Positions 9,854 through 18,906 are shown, numbered from the stretch's first letter. The stretch is DNA of 64,000 bases from Armatimonadota bacterium (GCA_035527535.1 DATLAK010000084.1:9413-73412), one strand, 5' to 3'. The notes: generated by a model from the letters alone, not told the origin. Translations and numbers: made by a program.

Positions 9854-10328
9854 GGGGTCTCCTTCGGCCAGGATGAGCGTGGCCGTTGCTTGTAGATTGG
9901 AAAGTCCTATTTCTGGTGTGGGAGGTTGCCCACCTGCCGAGCAGGCGGTGTGGCGAAACCGAAGCGGGCCGGCAGCGTCAATGCCGGCCCGCCGGACGCC
10001 GGTTCGGCCGCAGGTAGGTCAGCGCGCCAGGGTGGTGAGCCGCTGCTTCCCGAGGGAAGGGAGGCCACAGCCCCGCTCGCGTGGCCGAACCGCGTGGATC
10101 GAGGGCAGCCGGAAACGGCTGCCCGCCGCTTGGGGCAGCACGAACCGTGCCACTACAGCCCTCCGATCCGCACCGCACGCACCAGACGGCGCACAGGCCG
10201 CCGCAGCCAAGGCGCCGGAGCGGGCCTCAAGGCCCCTGCGCGGTTAACGGCGAAAAACGGATGCGATTCCGGCGTCGGGCGGGGCCGCGGCTTACTCGGC
10301 CACCGTGCCCGCGCGAAAGGAGCAGACG

Positions 10329-10742
10329 ATGAAATTCGCGACCGACTACCTGTGGATGAACACCAGGCGCTCGCGCGAGTACGTGAACATCACCGCCGAG
10401 GTCGAGCGCGTGGTCGCCGAGAGCGGCATCCGCGAGGGGATGGTGCTGGTGTCGGCGATGCACATCACCGCCGGCGTCTATGTCAACGACGCGGAGGAGG
10501 GCATCATCGCGGATATTGACGAGTGGGCCGACCGCCTCGCCCCCCAGGGGCCTGATTATCGCCACCACCGCACCGGCGAAACCAATGGCGACGCCCACCT
10601 CAAGAGCATCCTCGTCCACCACCAGGTGGTGGTGCCGGTGACGGGGGGCAAGCTCGACCTCGGCCCGTGGCAGCAGATCTACTACGCCGAGTTCGACGGC
10701 CGGCGCCGCAAGCGCGTCATCATCAAGGCGATGGGGGAGTGA
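10329..10742 (+). CDS. YjbQ/UPF0047 family protein (secondary thiamine-phosphate synthase-like)
   Basis: [12 protein letters not shown]...[18 protein letters not shown]...[35 protein letters not shown] matches the YjbQ family. Confidence 0.8.
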   Translation: MKFATDYLWMNTRRSREYVNITAEVERVVAESGIREGMVLVSAMHITAGVYVNDAEEGIIADIDEWADRLAPQGPDYRHHRTGETNGDAHLKSILVHHQVVVPVTGGKLDLGPWQQIYYAEFDGRRRKRVIIKAMGE

Positions 10743-10803
10743 GCGCCCTCGCGCTGCTGTTGCTACTATCATGCACAGGCGCGCGTCAATGTGCCGTGCG
10801 TTC

Positions 10804-10833
10804 TTGACGATCCCGCCAAACGTGTGTTAGCAT
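10804..10833 (+). promoter_or_regulatory. candidate sigma70 promoter: TTGACG-N17/18-TGtTAGCAT
   Basis: -35 TTGACG 10804-10809. Extended -10 TGtTAGCAT ~10825-10833. Lies ~35 bp upstream of the island's first gene. Confidence 0.35.
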
Positions 10834-10868
10834 CAGCGCCAACAGCGGCAGCACCGGAGGGATGACCG

Positions 10869-11126
10869 TTGAAAGAGTACGAGGAATGGTACAGGGCGAA
10901 TCCTCTGCGTCAGTGGAGGGAAGGGCAGGAGCCTCGCGTATCGCGACCCGCGCTCGCCCACGAGATGATCGTTCGCGGGTATTCCATCACCCCCGCGACC
11001 ATCCAGCGTTGGGAGTGCGGCGAGTACGCAGTGCCCGATGCGGCGATGAAGTTGCTGGCGGAGATCACGGGCATGCGCGACCTGCGCGCGAGGTGGGAGA
11101 AGTGGCAGGGAGGGCGTGCGAGATGA
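10869..11126 (+). CDS. XRE/Cro-type helix-turn-helix protein (85 aa), TTG start
   Basis: HTH pattern SRPALAHEMIVRGYSITPATIQRWECGEYAVPDAAMKLLA. RBS GGAGGG sits 7 nt upstream of TTG. In-frame stop immediately upstream. Confidence 0.5.
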   Translation: MKEYEEWYRANPLRQWREGQEPRVSRPALAHEMIVRGYSITPATIQRWECGEYAVPDAAMKLLAEITGMRDLRARWEKWQGGRAR

Positions 11127-11245
11127 GAGAACTCCTTGGCCCCGGGGATGGATCGAGCCCGATTCTGGGTGCCAGGTGAATGGCTGGCGGGAGTGGAACT
11201 CTAACGCGTCGGCTTCGAATAGACCACACCGACCGGAGGTGAACC

Positions 11246-11881
11246 ATGCCGCTTACAGGCCCAAGAGCCCTGTTGCTGGCATTGCTATACGCTCCTGGCG
11301 CAAGGCGGATGCCCGGAGAACCCATCGCCGGTATCACGCGCCTGCAGAAACTACTGTTCCTCCTGCAGGAGGAGTACGGATTGCGGAAAGGCGGCCGGGG
11401 GGTTCTGGTCTTCGAGCCGTACCGGTTCGGTCCGTACTCGGCGGCCCTGTATGACGAGATCAGCTTCCTCGAGAACCTGAATCTCATCACGGACAGGAGA
11501 GATACGGGGGCGGCGAGCGCCGAGGAGACTGAGCAGGAGGACAAGCTGGTCGAGGGACTCATGGCGGAGGCAGAAACGGAAGGCAGCATCGGGGCGGAAA
11601 TTAGTGAGGAGGACGTGAAGGGCCTGGAGTACCTTCTAGATGATGTGCCTGGCGAGGACGCCCTCGAGGCGAATCCTGACGAGAGGCAATTCTGCCTCAC
11701 GCCCAGGGGCATGGCCTCTGCGAAGGCCGTCTTTGACTCGCTCAGCTCCGACGAGCGGCATGCCCTTGAGAGCGCCAAATCGAGGTTCGGAGGCATGTCG
11801 TTGAGGAACCTCATCCGGTATGTCTACACGCAGTATCCGGAATCGGCAAGCGAATCGGAGATCAGGGATCGTATACTGTGA
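11246..11881 (+). CDS. Panacea-domain (SocA-like antitoxin) protein with acidic C-terminal extension
   Basis: ITRLQKLLFLLQEEYG...FEPYRFGPYSAALYDEI matches the Panacea/SocA hallmark (hxLQKLLY...GPxxxxLY). RBS GGAGGT upstream. Confidence 0.5.
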   Translation: MPLTGPRALLLALLYAPGARRMPGEPIAGITRLQKLLFLLQEEYGLRKGGRGVLVFEPYRFGPYSAALYDEISFLENLNLITDRRDTGAASAEETEQEDKLVEGLMAEAETEGSIGAEISEEDVKGLEYLLDDVPGEDALEANPDERQFCLTPRGMASAKAVFDSLSSDERHALESAKSRFGGMSLRNLIRYVYTQYPESASESEIRDRIL

Positions 11882-12402
11882 TGGTTCCTACGACCGCGCA
11901 GATGGGGGCGGCAGGTGCGGTTCTGGCATTCGCAGCTGGCGCGCTCGCATTGCTTCACAACTCAAAGCGGATGGAGCGTGCCAGAGATCTTGCCGCCGCC
12001 CAGTCGCGACTTTGGGAGCGAGCAGTACTTGAGTTGCGCGAGCACATCCAGCGTCTCCATGACCTGGCTGATAGATGCATGGCGGAGTCGGGTCCGGAAG
12101 CTGGGACAGCCGGCCAGATGCGGCGTCTCTTGCGTCGGTCCAGGGGGTGTGTTCGCCGCCTGGACGCGCCGATTCGGCTAGGCAAGTGGGTCTCTGGTAC
12201 CGAGAGGAGCATGTTTGCTTCCGCCCTCGGGCTGGTTGCTTCGTGTCTGGCCGTGCTGCTCGGCGGCGCATTTTCGTTCAGCCCGTTCCCGTATGCGACT
12301 TGGATGGGTGTGGGGAGCGGCGCGGCCTTGGTACTCAGCTATGGTGGCAATTATGCCGCTATCTGCTGCTGCGAAAGGCTGATGAGGGCGCAAGGGCTGT
12401 AG
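11878..12402 (+). CDS. membrane protein with central coiled-coil (candidate toxin partner)
   Basis: ATGA start/stop overlap with the upstream gene. One N-terminal TM helix, a coiled-coil in the middle, two C-terminal TM helices. Confidence 0.45.
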   Translation: MMVPTTAQMGAAGAVLAFAAGALALLHNSKRMERARDLAAAQSRLWERAVLELREHIQRLHDLADRCMAESGPEAGTAGQMRRLLRRSRGCVRRLDAPIRLGKWVSGTERSMFASALGLVASCLAVLLGGAFSFSPFPYATWMGVGSGAALVLSYGGNYAAICCCERLMRAQGL

Positions 12403-12414
12403 GGAGTGCCGAGC

Positions 12415-12828
12415 ATGACCGAGATCGAGATCGAGGAAGCGGTGGCCGAGTTCCTCTCCCGACCTGGTTGTCTTGTGGAGCGGCAGGTAGCCTTTCTCCG
12501 AAAGGTCGCGGATGTCTGCTCCTACGATCCTGTCTGCGACACGCTGCTGGCTGTGGAGGCGAAGCGAGAGGACTGGCGCCGCGGGATGCAGCAGGCGCGG
12601 TATTACCAGCTCTTCGCCGACGCCGTCTACATCGCTCTGCCAGAATGCCGGGCGCTGCGTGTCCGAACGCCGCAACTCGAAGAGACAGGCATAGGTCTCC
12701 TTGTGGTGAACAGCACAGTCTCTGTCAGCGTGGAACATGGCCACAACCCTTTCCGCCGAGATCTGTGTCGTGAGATGGTGATTGAGCGTCTTCGCTCTGG
12801 CCCGCGAAGTGGAGGGGGGAACCGCTGA
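12415..12828 (+). CDS. PD-(D/E)xK nuclease, RecB/Cas4-like family
   Basis: CDTLLAVEAK (D...ExK) followed by QQARYYQ (QxxxY). RBS AGGGAG. An alternative GTG start lies at 12406. Confidence 0.5.
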   Translation: MTEIEIEEAVAEFLSRPGCLVERQVAFLRKVADVCSYDPVCDTLLAVEAKREDWRRGMQQARYYQLFADAVYIALPECRALRVRTPQLEETGIGLLVVNSTVSVSVEHGHNPFRRDLCREMVIERLRSGPRSGGGNR

Positions 12829-14150
12829 TGTCATTTGCCGCTGCACAGGCCCCCCAGAATCTGTATCGGCTTGGAACGCACGCCGAAGCGGAGTATTACC
12901 GCCATCTGAAGTCCGCTTACGACGGCATGATCGTCAATGCCAACCTGGTAGAGGCGACCCCGAAGGCCACAGCCTCGTTCCTGGCTACACAAGGCAAGCC
13001 CTTTCTGCTCGACCCGATGACATACGCGTTCGGGCTGAGTCCTGCGGTGCTGCATAGCAACTCCAAGCGCGGGGGGATGAAACGCTCATTTGCCGCTCTA
13101 GCCGAACGATATGGCGGGGTCATACTGAAGCTGGCCGGCAAGGAGGCGATAGGGCCGGATGCCTTCCAGCGAGATTCGGACGTGTCTGACCTTGCCAAGG
13201 CCGTCATCAGTTACCAACTACACCGCTTCGATGATATAGCGAATGAGATGAAAGATGCTGCCCCTGAGGCGTTCGGCGGACTCACCGGACTCTCGCCTGC
13301 TGGGGCGATTGCACCCTACTTCCACATTGATGAGGTCATCGAGCCGGCGCTCTCACTGAACACGCGGCTTCTCCGCGCCGCTGTCTCCCTCCAGCCCGAG
13401 CAGCCAATCTACGCCATGCTGTGCCTTTCCAGCGGGATTCTCTTTGCTGCAAATCTGCTAGACACGATCGCGGGTGCCTACGTGACGGCTGGCGCGACGG
13501 GTTTCATGTTCTGGTTCGATGACGCCACGGAGCGGACCATCGGGACTCTGGGCGTGCAGAATCTCGTCAGATTTGTGAGAGCGTTGAGCCAGAATGGGCA
13601 CTCGGTCTACAACGCTTACGGCGGCTGCCTCTCCGCCCTTCTTTCTCGCTTTGGCCTTTGCGGCTTCTCGCATGGCCTCGGTTACGGAGAGCGCAGGTCG
13701 ATTGTGCCTGTGACGGGCGGAAGTGTTCCGCCACCGAAGTACTATGTTCCGCCGCTCTGCGAGCGGTACAATGTGACGACCGTCTTGCTGATTGCCCCTT
13801 CCGTGCAGTCTGGGATCGACTTTCACGCAGAGATATGCGGCTGCGCAGTCTGTCGCCGGGTGCTGGCAGGTAACCCGGATCGGCTTGTTGAGTTCGGTCG
13901 AACCAGAGATATGTCCGACAAGAATGGGCGGCCTATCAGCGTTCCCACCGCTGAAAGCATCAAGCTTTGCCGGCTTCATTACATGCTCGCGAAAAGGGAC
14001 GAGGTAAACCGGATTCGGGCCAACTGGAGCAGCGCAGTCGAAAGCCTGGCCGTGGCCTACGAGAAGTACGTCGATGTCCTCGGCAAGCCCGAGGTGGCTC
14101 ATCTCGATGTGTGGCACCGCGAACTGACTGCCGCCAACCGAAAACCGTGA
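12828..14150 (+). CDS. hypothetical protein with CxCxxC...H zinc site, possibly tRNA/DNA-guanine transglycosylase (TGT/DpdA)-like
   Basis: TGATG overlap with the nuclease gene. CGCAVC...H motif. DTIAGAYVTAGATGFMFWFDDA resembles the TGT DDIVGAVERGIDMFDCV region. Fold assignment is inference. Confidence 0.55.
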   Translation: MSFAAAQAPQNLYRLGTHAEAEYYRHLKSAYDGMIVNANLVEATPKATASFLATQGKPFLLDPMTYAFGLSPAVLHSNSKRGGMKRSFAALAERYGGVILKLAGKEAIGPDAFQRDSDVSDLAKAVISYQLHRFDDIANEMKDAAPEAFGGLTGLSPAGAIAPYFHIDEVIEPALSLNTRLLRAAVSLQPEQPIYAMLCLSSGILFAANLLDTIAGAYVTAGATGFMFWFDDATERTIGTLGVQNLVRFVRALSQNGHSVYNAYGGCLSALLSRFGLCGFSHGLGYGERRSIVPVTGGSVPPPKYYVPPLCERYNVTTVLLIAPSVQSGIDFHAEICGCAVCRRVLAGNPDRLVEFGRTRDMSDKNGRPISVPTAESIKLCRLHYMLAKRDEVNRIRANWSSAVESLAVAYEKYVDVLGKPEVAHLDVWHRELTAANRKP

Positions 14151-14459
14151 CTGAGCACCTCAACCACGCTGCCGTCGCCCGCAGGGCTGTCGGAAAGACT
14201 GTGCCGCGCGGGGAGAGGCGGCAAACCGCTGACGTGCGCGGGATGAGTGATTGTGGTGGGGTGACCCTGGCGAGCGCCCTCGCTGTGACTGTGGCGCTCC
14301 TTGCAGCAGTACAGGGCGCCGTGGAACGCTCAAGCGCCGCCGCGGACATGGTAGTGCGGGAGGCGGCACAGCTGTGAACGACGTACTGATCGGTGTGGCA
14401 ATGGGCTAGTTACCGGGACGGTCACCTGCTTTCTTGCCTGGTGGGTCCTGTTCCACGTT

Positions 14460-15011
14460 GTGGTTCCCAACGTGCGCTTCTCTCAATCAATAAGCAGGCT
14501 TCCCGCAGAGGACAGGAAACCGCCCTGGGAGTACCGCGTCAAGTTTGAGAACGCTGGCAGGAGAGCCATCATGGATGTCGAGGTGACAGCCAGACTTCGA
14601 GTGAAGCGCTTGGTCGCGACCCGTCCTGGCAATTGGTGGGTGTCCAGCATTCCTGTCGAGTACGGTGACCCCATATGCAGGGTCCCTAAGATGGGACCCG
14701 TGCGCACAGGGGCACGTCGCCAAATTGTGCCGCTTCTGGTGAACGACGCGGAGCAGTTCAGACAGGCTCCCTATCCGGCAGAGGTCAGGGAGAAGGCACA
14801 GAACCGATCTCTGCTGCCGGAGGATCTACTGCGGTTGGGCGATAGGACGGAACTGCGGCTCATCGTCTCCGGATATGATGCCTTCAGCGGCGCCCGACGG
14901 CTCTTCGTATCAAAGGAATACACCGTGGGCGACATCATCGACGGACGGTTCAACAAGGATGGACTAGAAGTAATACCGCAGGCTAGTGAGCCGTCTGAGC
15001 CTTCCGCGTGA
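14460..15011 (+). CDS. hypothetical protein
   Basis: GC3-consistent ORF. No recognised motif. Start uncertain (GTG 14460 or ATG 14569). Confidence 0.35.
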   Translation: MVPNVRFSQSISRLPAEDRKPPWEYRVKFENAGRRAIMDVEVTARLRVKRLVATRPGNWWVSSIPVEYGDPICRVPKMGPVRTGARRQIVPLLVNDAEQFRQAPYPAEVREKAQNRSLLPEDLLRLGDRTELRLIVSGYDAFSGARRLFVSKEYTVGDIIDGRFNKDGLEVIPQASEPSEPSA

Positions 15012-15043
15012 CGTCGAGGCGCTCGGTGAGTAGCGAGAGGATG

Positions 15044-15256
15044 TCATGCGGCTCTGAAGTGGCAGGGCGCATCCAGAGCCAGCAGTGCCGGGCGCGTCGC
15101 CGGGACGATGCAGCGCGCTGCTTCTTGGCCTATCTCCATCGTTGACACCCACCAGGTTGCAGGCAGCCCCTCGACCCGGAAGGTCACCAGCGGTGACGCC
15201 CCGTTGCTCCACGCGACCAACGCCGCGTCCTCGGCTATGGGGTCGGGGCGGGACAT
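15044..15256 (-). CDS. small hypothetical ORF (70 aa), possibly a gene remnant
   Basis: GC3-rich. Lies between the island and the first REP-C element. Confidence 0.2.
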   Translation of the reverse strand: MSRPDPIAEDAALVAWSNGASPLVTFRVEGLPATWWVSTMEIGQEAARCIVPATRPALLALDAPCHFRAA

Positions 15257-15316
15257 GTTCCCGACTATTATAGACGCAAAGCCGGGCGGAAACTTACGGG
15301 GCTTCTCCCATGGTGG

Positions 15317-15370
15317 GACAAGCGTCTCGCTTGTCCGCTGGCCTGGCCAGGCGAGACGCCTGGCCTACCG
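15317..15370. repeat. REP-C double hairpin GACAAGCGTCTCGCTTGTC ... CCAGGCGAGACGCCTGGCCTACCG
   Basis: Same architecture and CGTCTCG/CGAGACG core. Confidence 0.6.
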
Positions 15371-15563
15371 ATTACGGCGCGGTGGTGCCCGGCTCACTCC
15401 GCCCCGGCCGAATCCCGCCTTTGTGCCGCGCCTGCGCGACCAAAGCTGTTCCCAATCTGTTACACTCCGTGGGGAATCCATCGCGCATGGGGAGGCGTGG
15501 AGACAAGGGCGTGATGAATCACGCCCCTACACCGGAATTCACGGAGCTTATGGAGGCGAAATC

Positions 15564-16769
15564 ATGGCGGAGCATGACTACCAGTACGTCATCATCGGCG
15601 GCGGGCCGGCCGGCGCGGCGGCGATCGAAGGGATCAGGGAACGTGACCACGATGGTCGCATCCTGCTGGTCGGCGCGGAAAAGCATTTGCCCTATGACCG
15701 CCCCCCGCTGTCGAAGAAGTTGTGGTTCGGCAAGAAGCAGGTCGCGGACATCTTCCTCCACGACCAGGCGTTCTATGCCGCCAACTCGACCGACCTCGCC
15801 CTCGGCGTCCGCGTGGTCGGCCTCGATCCGCAGCGCAAGACGATCACCGACGACCAGGGCGACCTCCACCATTACCACAAGCTGCTGCTGGCCACGGGCG
15901 GCATCCCGCGCACCCTTGGCATCCCGGGGGGCGACCTGGAGGGCGTCTGCTACTACCGCTACCTGGACGATTACCTGACAACCCGCGCGCGGGCGACGGC
16001 GGCCAAGTCGGCGGTGGTCATCGGCGGCGGCTTCATCGGCTCGGAGATGGCGGCGGCGCTCAGCCTCAACCAGGTGGAGGTGACGATGGTCTTCCCGGAG
16101 CAATGCCTGGTGGCGCGCGTGTTCCCGGAAACCCTGGGGCGGTCGCTCCAGCAAACCTACATCGAGCGCGGGATCACCGTCCTGTCGGGAGACGTGCCTA
16201 CCGCTATCGAGCGGCATGATGACGCCCTCATCGTCGCCACCCGCGGCGGCCGGCGCCTGCGGGCCGACATCGTCATCGCCGGCATCGGCATCGCGCCCGC
16301 GAGCGAGCTGGCGGCGGGGGCGGGGCTGACCCTCGACGACGGGATTGTGGTTGACGAATACCTGCGCACCTCGGCCCCCGATATCCATGCCGCCGGCGAC
16401 AACGCGTTCTTCCCCTACCAGGTGTTGGGGCAGCGCACGCGCGTCGAACACTGGGATAACGCGGTCAACCAGGGCAAGCAGGCGGGGCGCAACCTGGCGG
16501 GGGCGCAGGAGGCGTTCACCTACATGCCGTACTTCTTCTCCGACCTCTTCGATTTCGGCTACGAGGCCGTCGGCGAGGTGGACGCCCGACTGGAGACCTT
16601 CGCCGATTGGCGGCAGGAGAACGACACGGGCGTCATCTATTACCTGCGGGAGGGGCAGGTGCGAGGGGCGATGATGTGCAACGTGTGGGACCAGGTGGAG
16701 GCGGCGCGGGAGCTGATTCGCGGCGGCCGGCGGATGACCGCGGAGGACCTGCGCGGCGCCATCAAGTAA
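15564..16769 (+). CDS. FAD-dependent pyridine nucleotide-disulfide oxidoreductase (AIF/ferredoxin-reductase-like)
   Basis: YVIIGGGPAGAAA (FAD), VVIGGGFIGSEMAA (NAD), AAGDNA motif. RBS GGAGG. Confidence 0.8.
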   Translation: MAEHDYQYVIIGGGPAGAAAIEGIRERDHDGRILLVGAEKHLPYDRPPLSKKLWFGKKQVADIFLHDQAFYAANSTDLALGVRVVGLDPQRKTITDDQGDLHHYHKLLLATGGIPRTLGIPGGDLEGVCYYRYLDDYLTTRARATAAKSAVVIGGGFIGSEMAAALSLNQVEVTMVFPEQCLVARVFPETLGRSLQQTYIERGITVLSGDVPTAIERHDDALIVATRGGRRLRADIVIAGIGIAPASELAAGAGLTLDDGIVVDEYLRTSAPDIHAAGDNAFFPYQVLGQRTRVEHWDNAVNQGKQAGRNLAGAQEAFTYMPYFFSDLFDFGYEAVGEVDARLETFADWRQENDTGVIYYLREGQVRGAMMCNVWDQVEAARELIRGGRRMTAEDLRGAIK

Positions 16770-16799
16770 GGGCGCGCGGGACGGCGCCGACGGGAGGAC

Positions 16800-17123
16800 G
16801 TGATGGACTTGGCGGAGCAGGAATGTCATCCGGTGGCGGCGACGACCCCGCCCCTGTCGCGGCCGGAGGCGGAGAAGCTGGCCCAGGAGATCCCGCAGTG
16901 GACGCTGAAGGAGGGGGTGATCGAGCGCGAGTTCACCCTCGACGATTTCGAGGAGGCGATGGAATTCGTTAACGGCGTCGCCGAGATCGTGCAGGAGCAG
17001 GACCACCACCCCGACATCTACATCGCCTACAACCAGGTGCGGCTGGAGTTCTCGACGCACAAGATCGGCGGGCTGTCCCGCAACGATTTCATCATGGCGG
17101 CCAGGGTGGACGAGCTGGCGTAG
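16800..17123 (+). CDS. pterin-4a-carbinolamine dehydratase
   Basis: ~105 aa. EQDHHPDIYIAYNQVRLEFSTH is the PCD signature. Confidence 0.75.
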   Translation: MMDLAEQECHPVAATTPPLSRPEAEKLAQEIPQWTLKEGVIEREFTLDDFEEAMEFVNGVAEIVQEQDHHPDIYIAYNQVRLEFSTHKIGGLSRNDFIMAARVDELA

Positions 17124-17280
17124 GGCCCCGAGCGGTTCTAAGGGGGCGTTCGAGTCTGGTTAGCGTGCGGACAGAAACCCCTCTCCCTTCGAGGGAGAGG
17201 TCGGCGAGCCCGCGGCGAGCCGAGTGAGGGTTGCCCGCCGTAGGCGGGGTCGTCCGCCATGGGCGGGATAGGTTTGGTGC

Positions 17281-17325
17281 GGCAGGCGTCTCGCCTGCCG
17301 ATCGTTTCGCAGCCGAGACGGCTGC
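17281..17325. repeat. REP-C double hairpin GGCAGGCGTCTCGCCTGCC ... GCAGCCGAGACGGCTGC
   Basis: Same family. Located in the ~1 kb noncoding stretch upstream of the folate genes. Confidence 0.6.
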
Positions 17326-18147
17326 ACTACCACTCCACCCCGACCTCAGTCATCCCCCTTGAACTTGTCCGCCTGCGGCGGGGGGGGAGGGGTGAGCTTG
17401 GATAGTTCCCGCTTTTCGCTCACACCCGTCTGAGCCGGCGTGGACGCAAGCGGGTACTTGCGCAAGGGCGGTTGCGTGGCCCTTCTTGTGTTTCCGGAGG
17501 GCATCTCCTCGGCAGGGATCCCCACGGCGTCGTCGAACTAGATCCTGCCCGCAAGATTGCCTAGCGCGGAACAATGGTAAGCCCAGATGCGCGAGAGCCT
17601 TCTGCACTACGGCGACGACCTCGACACTTCGCACTCTTGCGTCGGCGGTTGCTCACTTCCACTATCTCAGCATCGTTCATCCTCGCGAGTCACGGCACAG
17701 ATGGCAGTCAGCAGGAAGACCATGGTCTGAGGCAGAGAAGCGCGTGGCAGATGTGGGGCTGAGGGTTCCATGCACTCCGACGATCAGGTATTCGGCTGGT
17801 TAGTGTTCATCGCCTGGGCCGCCTCCCTGGTTGTGCCTGGGATTCTCCTTGTCTTCCTCTGGCGCGGCGCGAGCGCCCTGAGTCGGTTGGCGGCGCTCCA
17901 AGTCCGGCGACGGAGAAGGGGGCGCGAATCTCGGTCACCTAGTGCGTAGAAGGATCCCCGCTGCGCGGACACATGCATGTAGTGGCGGCGCACGTCGCAT
18001 GATGCGGCTGTGACGTAACGCTGGCGCGGCGAGTGAAAAATCCCCCATCCGGAGTGCCCCCATGATGGGTGTCTTGGCCTGCGGCTCGGAGTGATCTCAC
18101 GCGCCCCGCGCCTGTCGCCAGTGGACTTGCCCTGGCAAGCTGATGAT

Positions 18148-18906
18148 ATGAATGCGCAATCCCTGCGCGGCATGACCGCGCTCATCACCGGGGCGGCCCG
18201 GCGCCTCGGCCGCGCGACCGCGCTCGCGCTGGCCGACGAGGGCGTCAACATCGTCATTCACCATCGCGCCTCCGCCGCCGAGGCACGCGACCTGCAGCGA
18301 GAGCTGGAGGCCCGCGGCGTGCGCGCGTGGCCGCTGGAGGCCGACCTCGGCCATCCCCGCCAGTGCGACGCCCTGGTCCCGCGCGCGCTCGAGGCCGCCG
18401 GCGCGCTCGAAATCCTGGTCAACAACGCCGCGGCCTTCCCCGCCGACACCGTGGACGACCTCACCCGCGAGCGCCTGCTGGAGATGGTGGAGGTCAACGC
18501 CTGGGCGCCGTTCGCGCTGGGGCGGTCGTTCGCGCGAGCGGTGAAACGCGGGGTCGTCATCAACTTCCTCGACACCCGGCTCAGAGGTTATGACCCGGCG
18601 CACGTCGCATACATCATGAGCAAGCACCTGCTGGAGCGGTTCACGCGCACGATGGCGCTGGAGTTCGCCCCCGGGGTGCGGGTCAACGCGGTGGCGCCGG
18701 GGCTGATCCTGCCGCCCGCGGGCAAGGACGAAACCTACCTCGACCGGCTGGCGGCCCGGGTGCCGCTTCAGCGCCACGGCGAGCCGGAGCAGGTCGCCGC
18801 CGCCGTCGTCTTCCTCGCCCAGAGCGAGTTCATCACCGGCCAGGTCCTCTACGTTGACGGCGGCCGGCACCTGGCGGAGTACCGCTATGGACCGCATCCT
18901 GATTGA
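18148..18906 (+). CDS. SDR family oxidoreductase (pteridine-reductase-like, by context)
   Basis: TALITGAARRLGRA glycine-rich NAD(P)-binding loop. Catalytic YxxxK not examined. Located immediately upstream of folB-folK-folE. Confidence 0.7.
   Translation: MNAQSLRGMTALITGAARRLGRATALALADEGVNIVIHHRASAAEARDLQRELEARGVRAWPLEADLGHPRQCDALVPRALEAAGALEILVNNAAAFPADTVDDLTRERLLEMVEVNAWAPFALGRSFARAVKRGVVINFLDTRLRGYDPAHVAYIMSKHLLERFTRTMALEFAPGVRVNAVAPGLILPPAGKDETYLDRLAARVPLQRHGEPEQVAAAVVFLAQSEFITGQVLYVDGGRHLAEYRYGPHPD

Noticed and set aside
9960-9990. Hairpin GGGCCGGCAGCGTCAATGCCGGCCC as a terminator
   Set aside because: It lies in the divergent promoter region between the glycosidase operon (-) and yjbQ (+). 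No gene ends here, so a terminator role is unsupported.
14233-14377. 48-aa ORF (MSDCGGVTLASALAVTVALLAAVQGAVERSSAAADMVVREAAQL) between the TGT-like gene and the next ORF
   Set aside because: Hydrophobic, Flp/TadE-like-looking peptide, but too short and without an RBS or conserved motif to support a call. Left as a possibility only.
15108-15563. 152-aa N-terminal extension of the FAD oxidoreductase ORF
   Set aside because: It contains a REP-C element and has no GC3 bias. The Rossmann motif starts right after the Met at 15564, which has an RBS.
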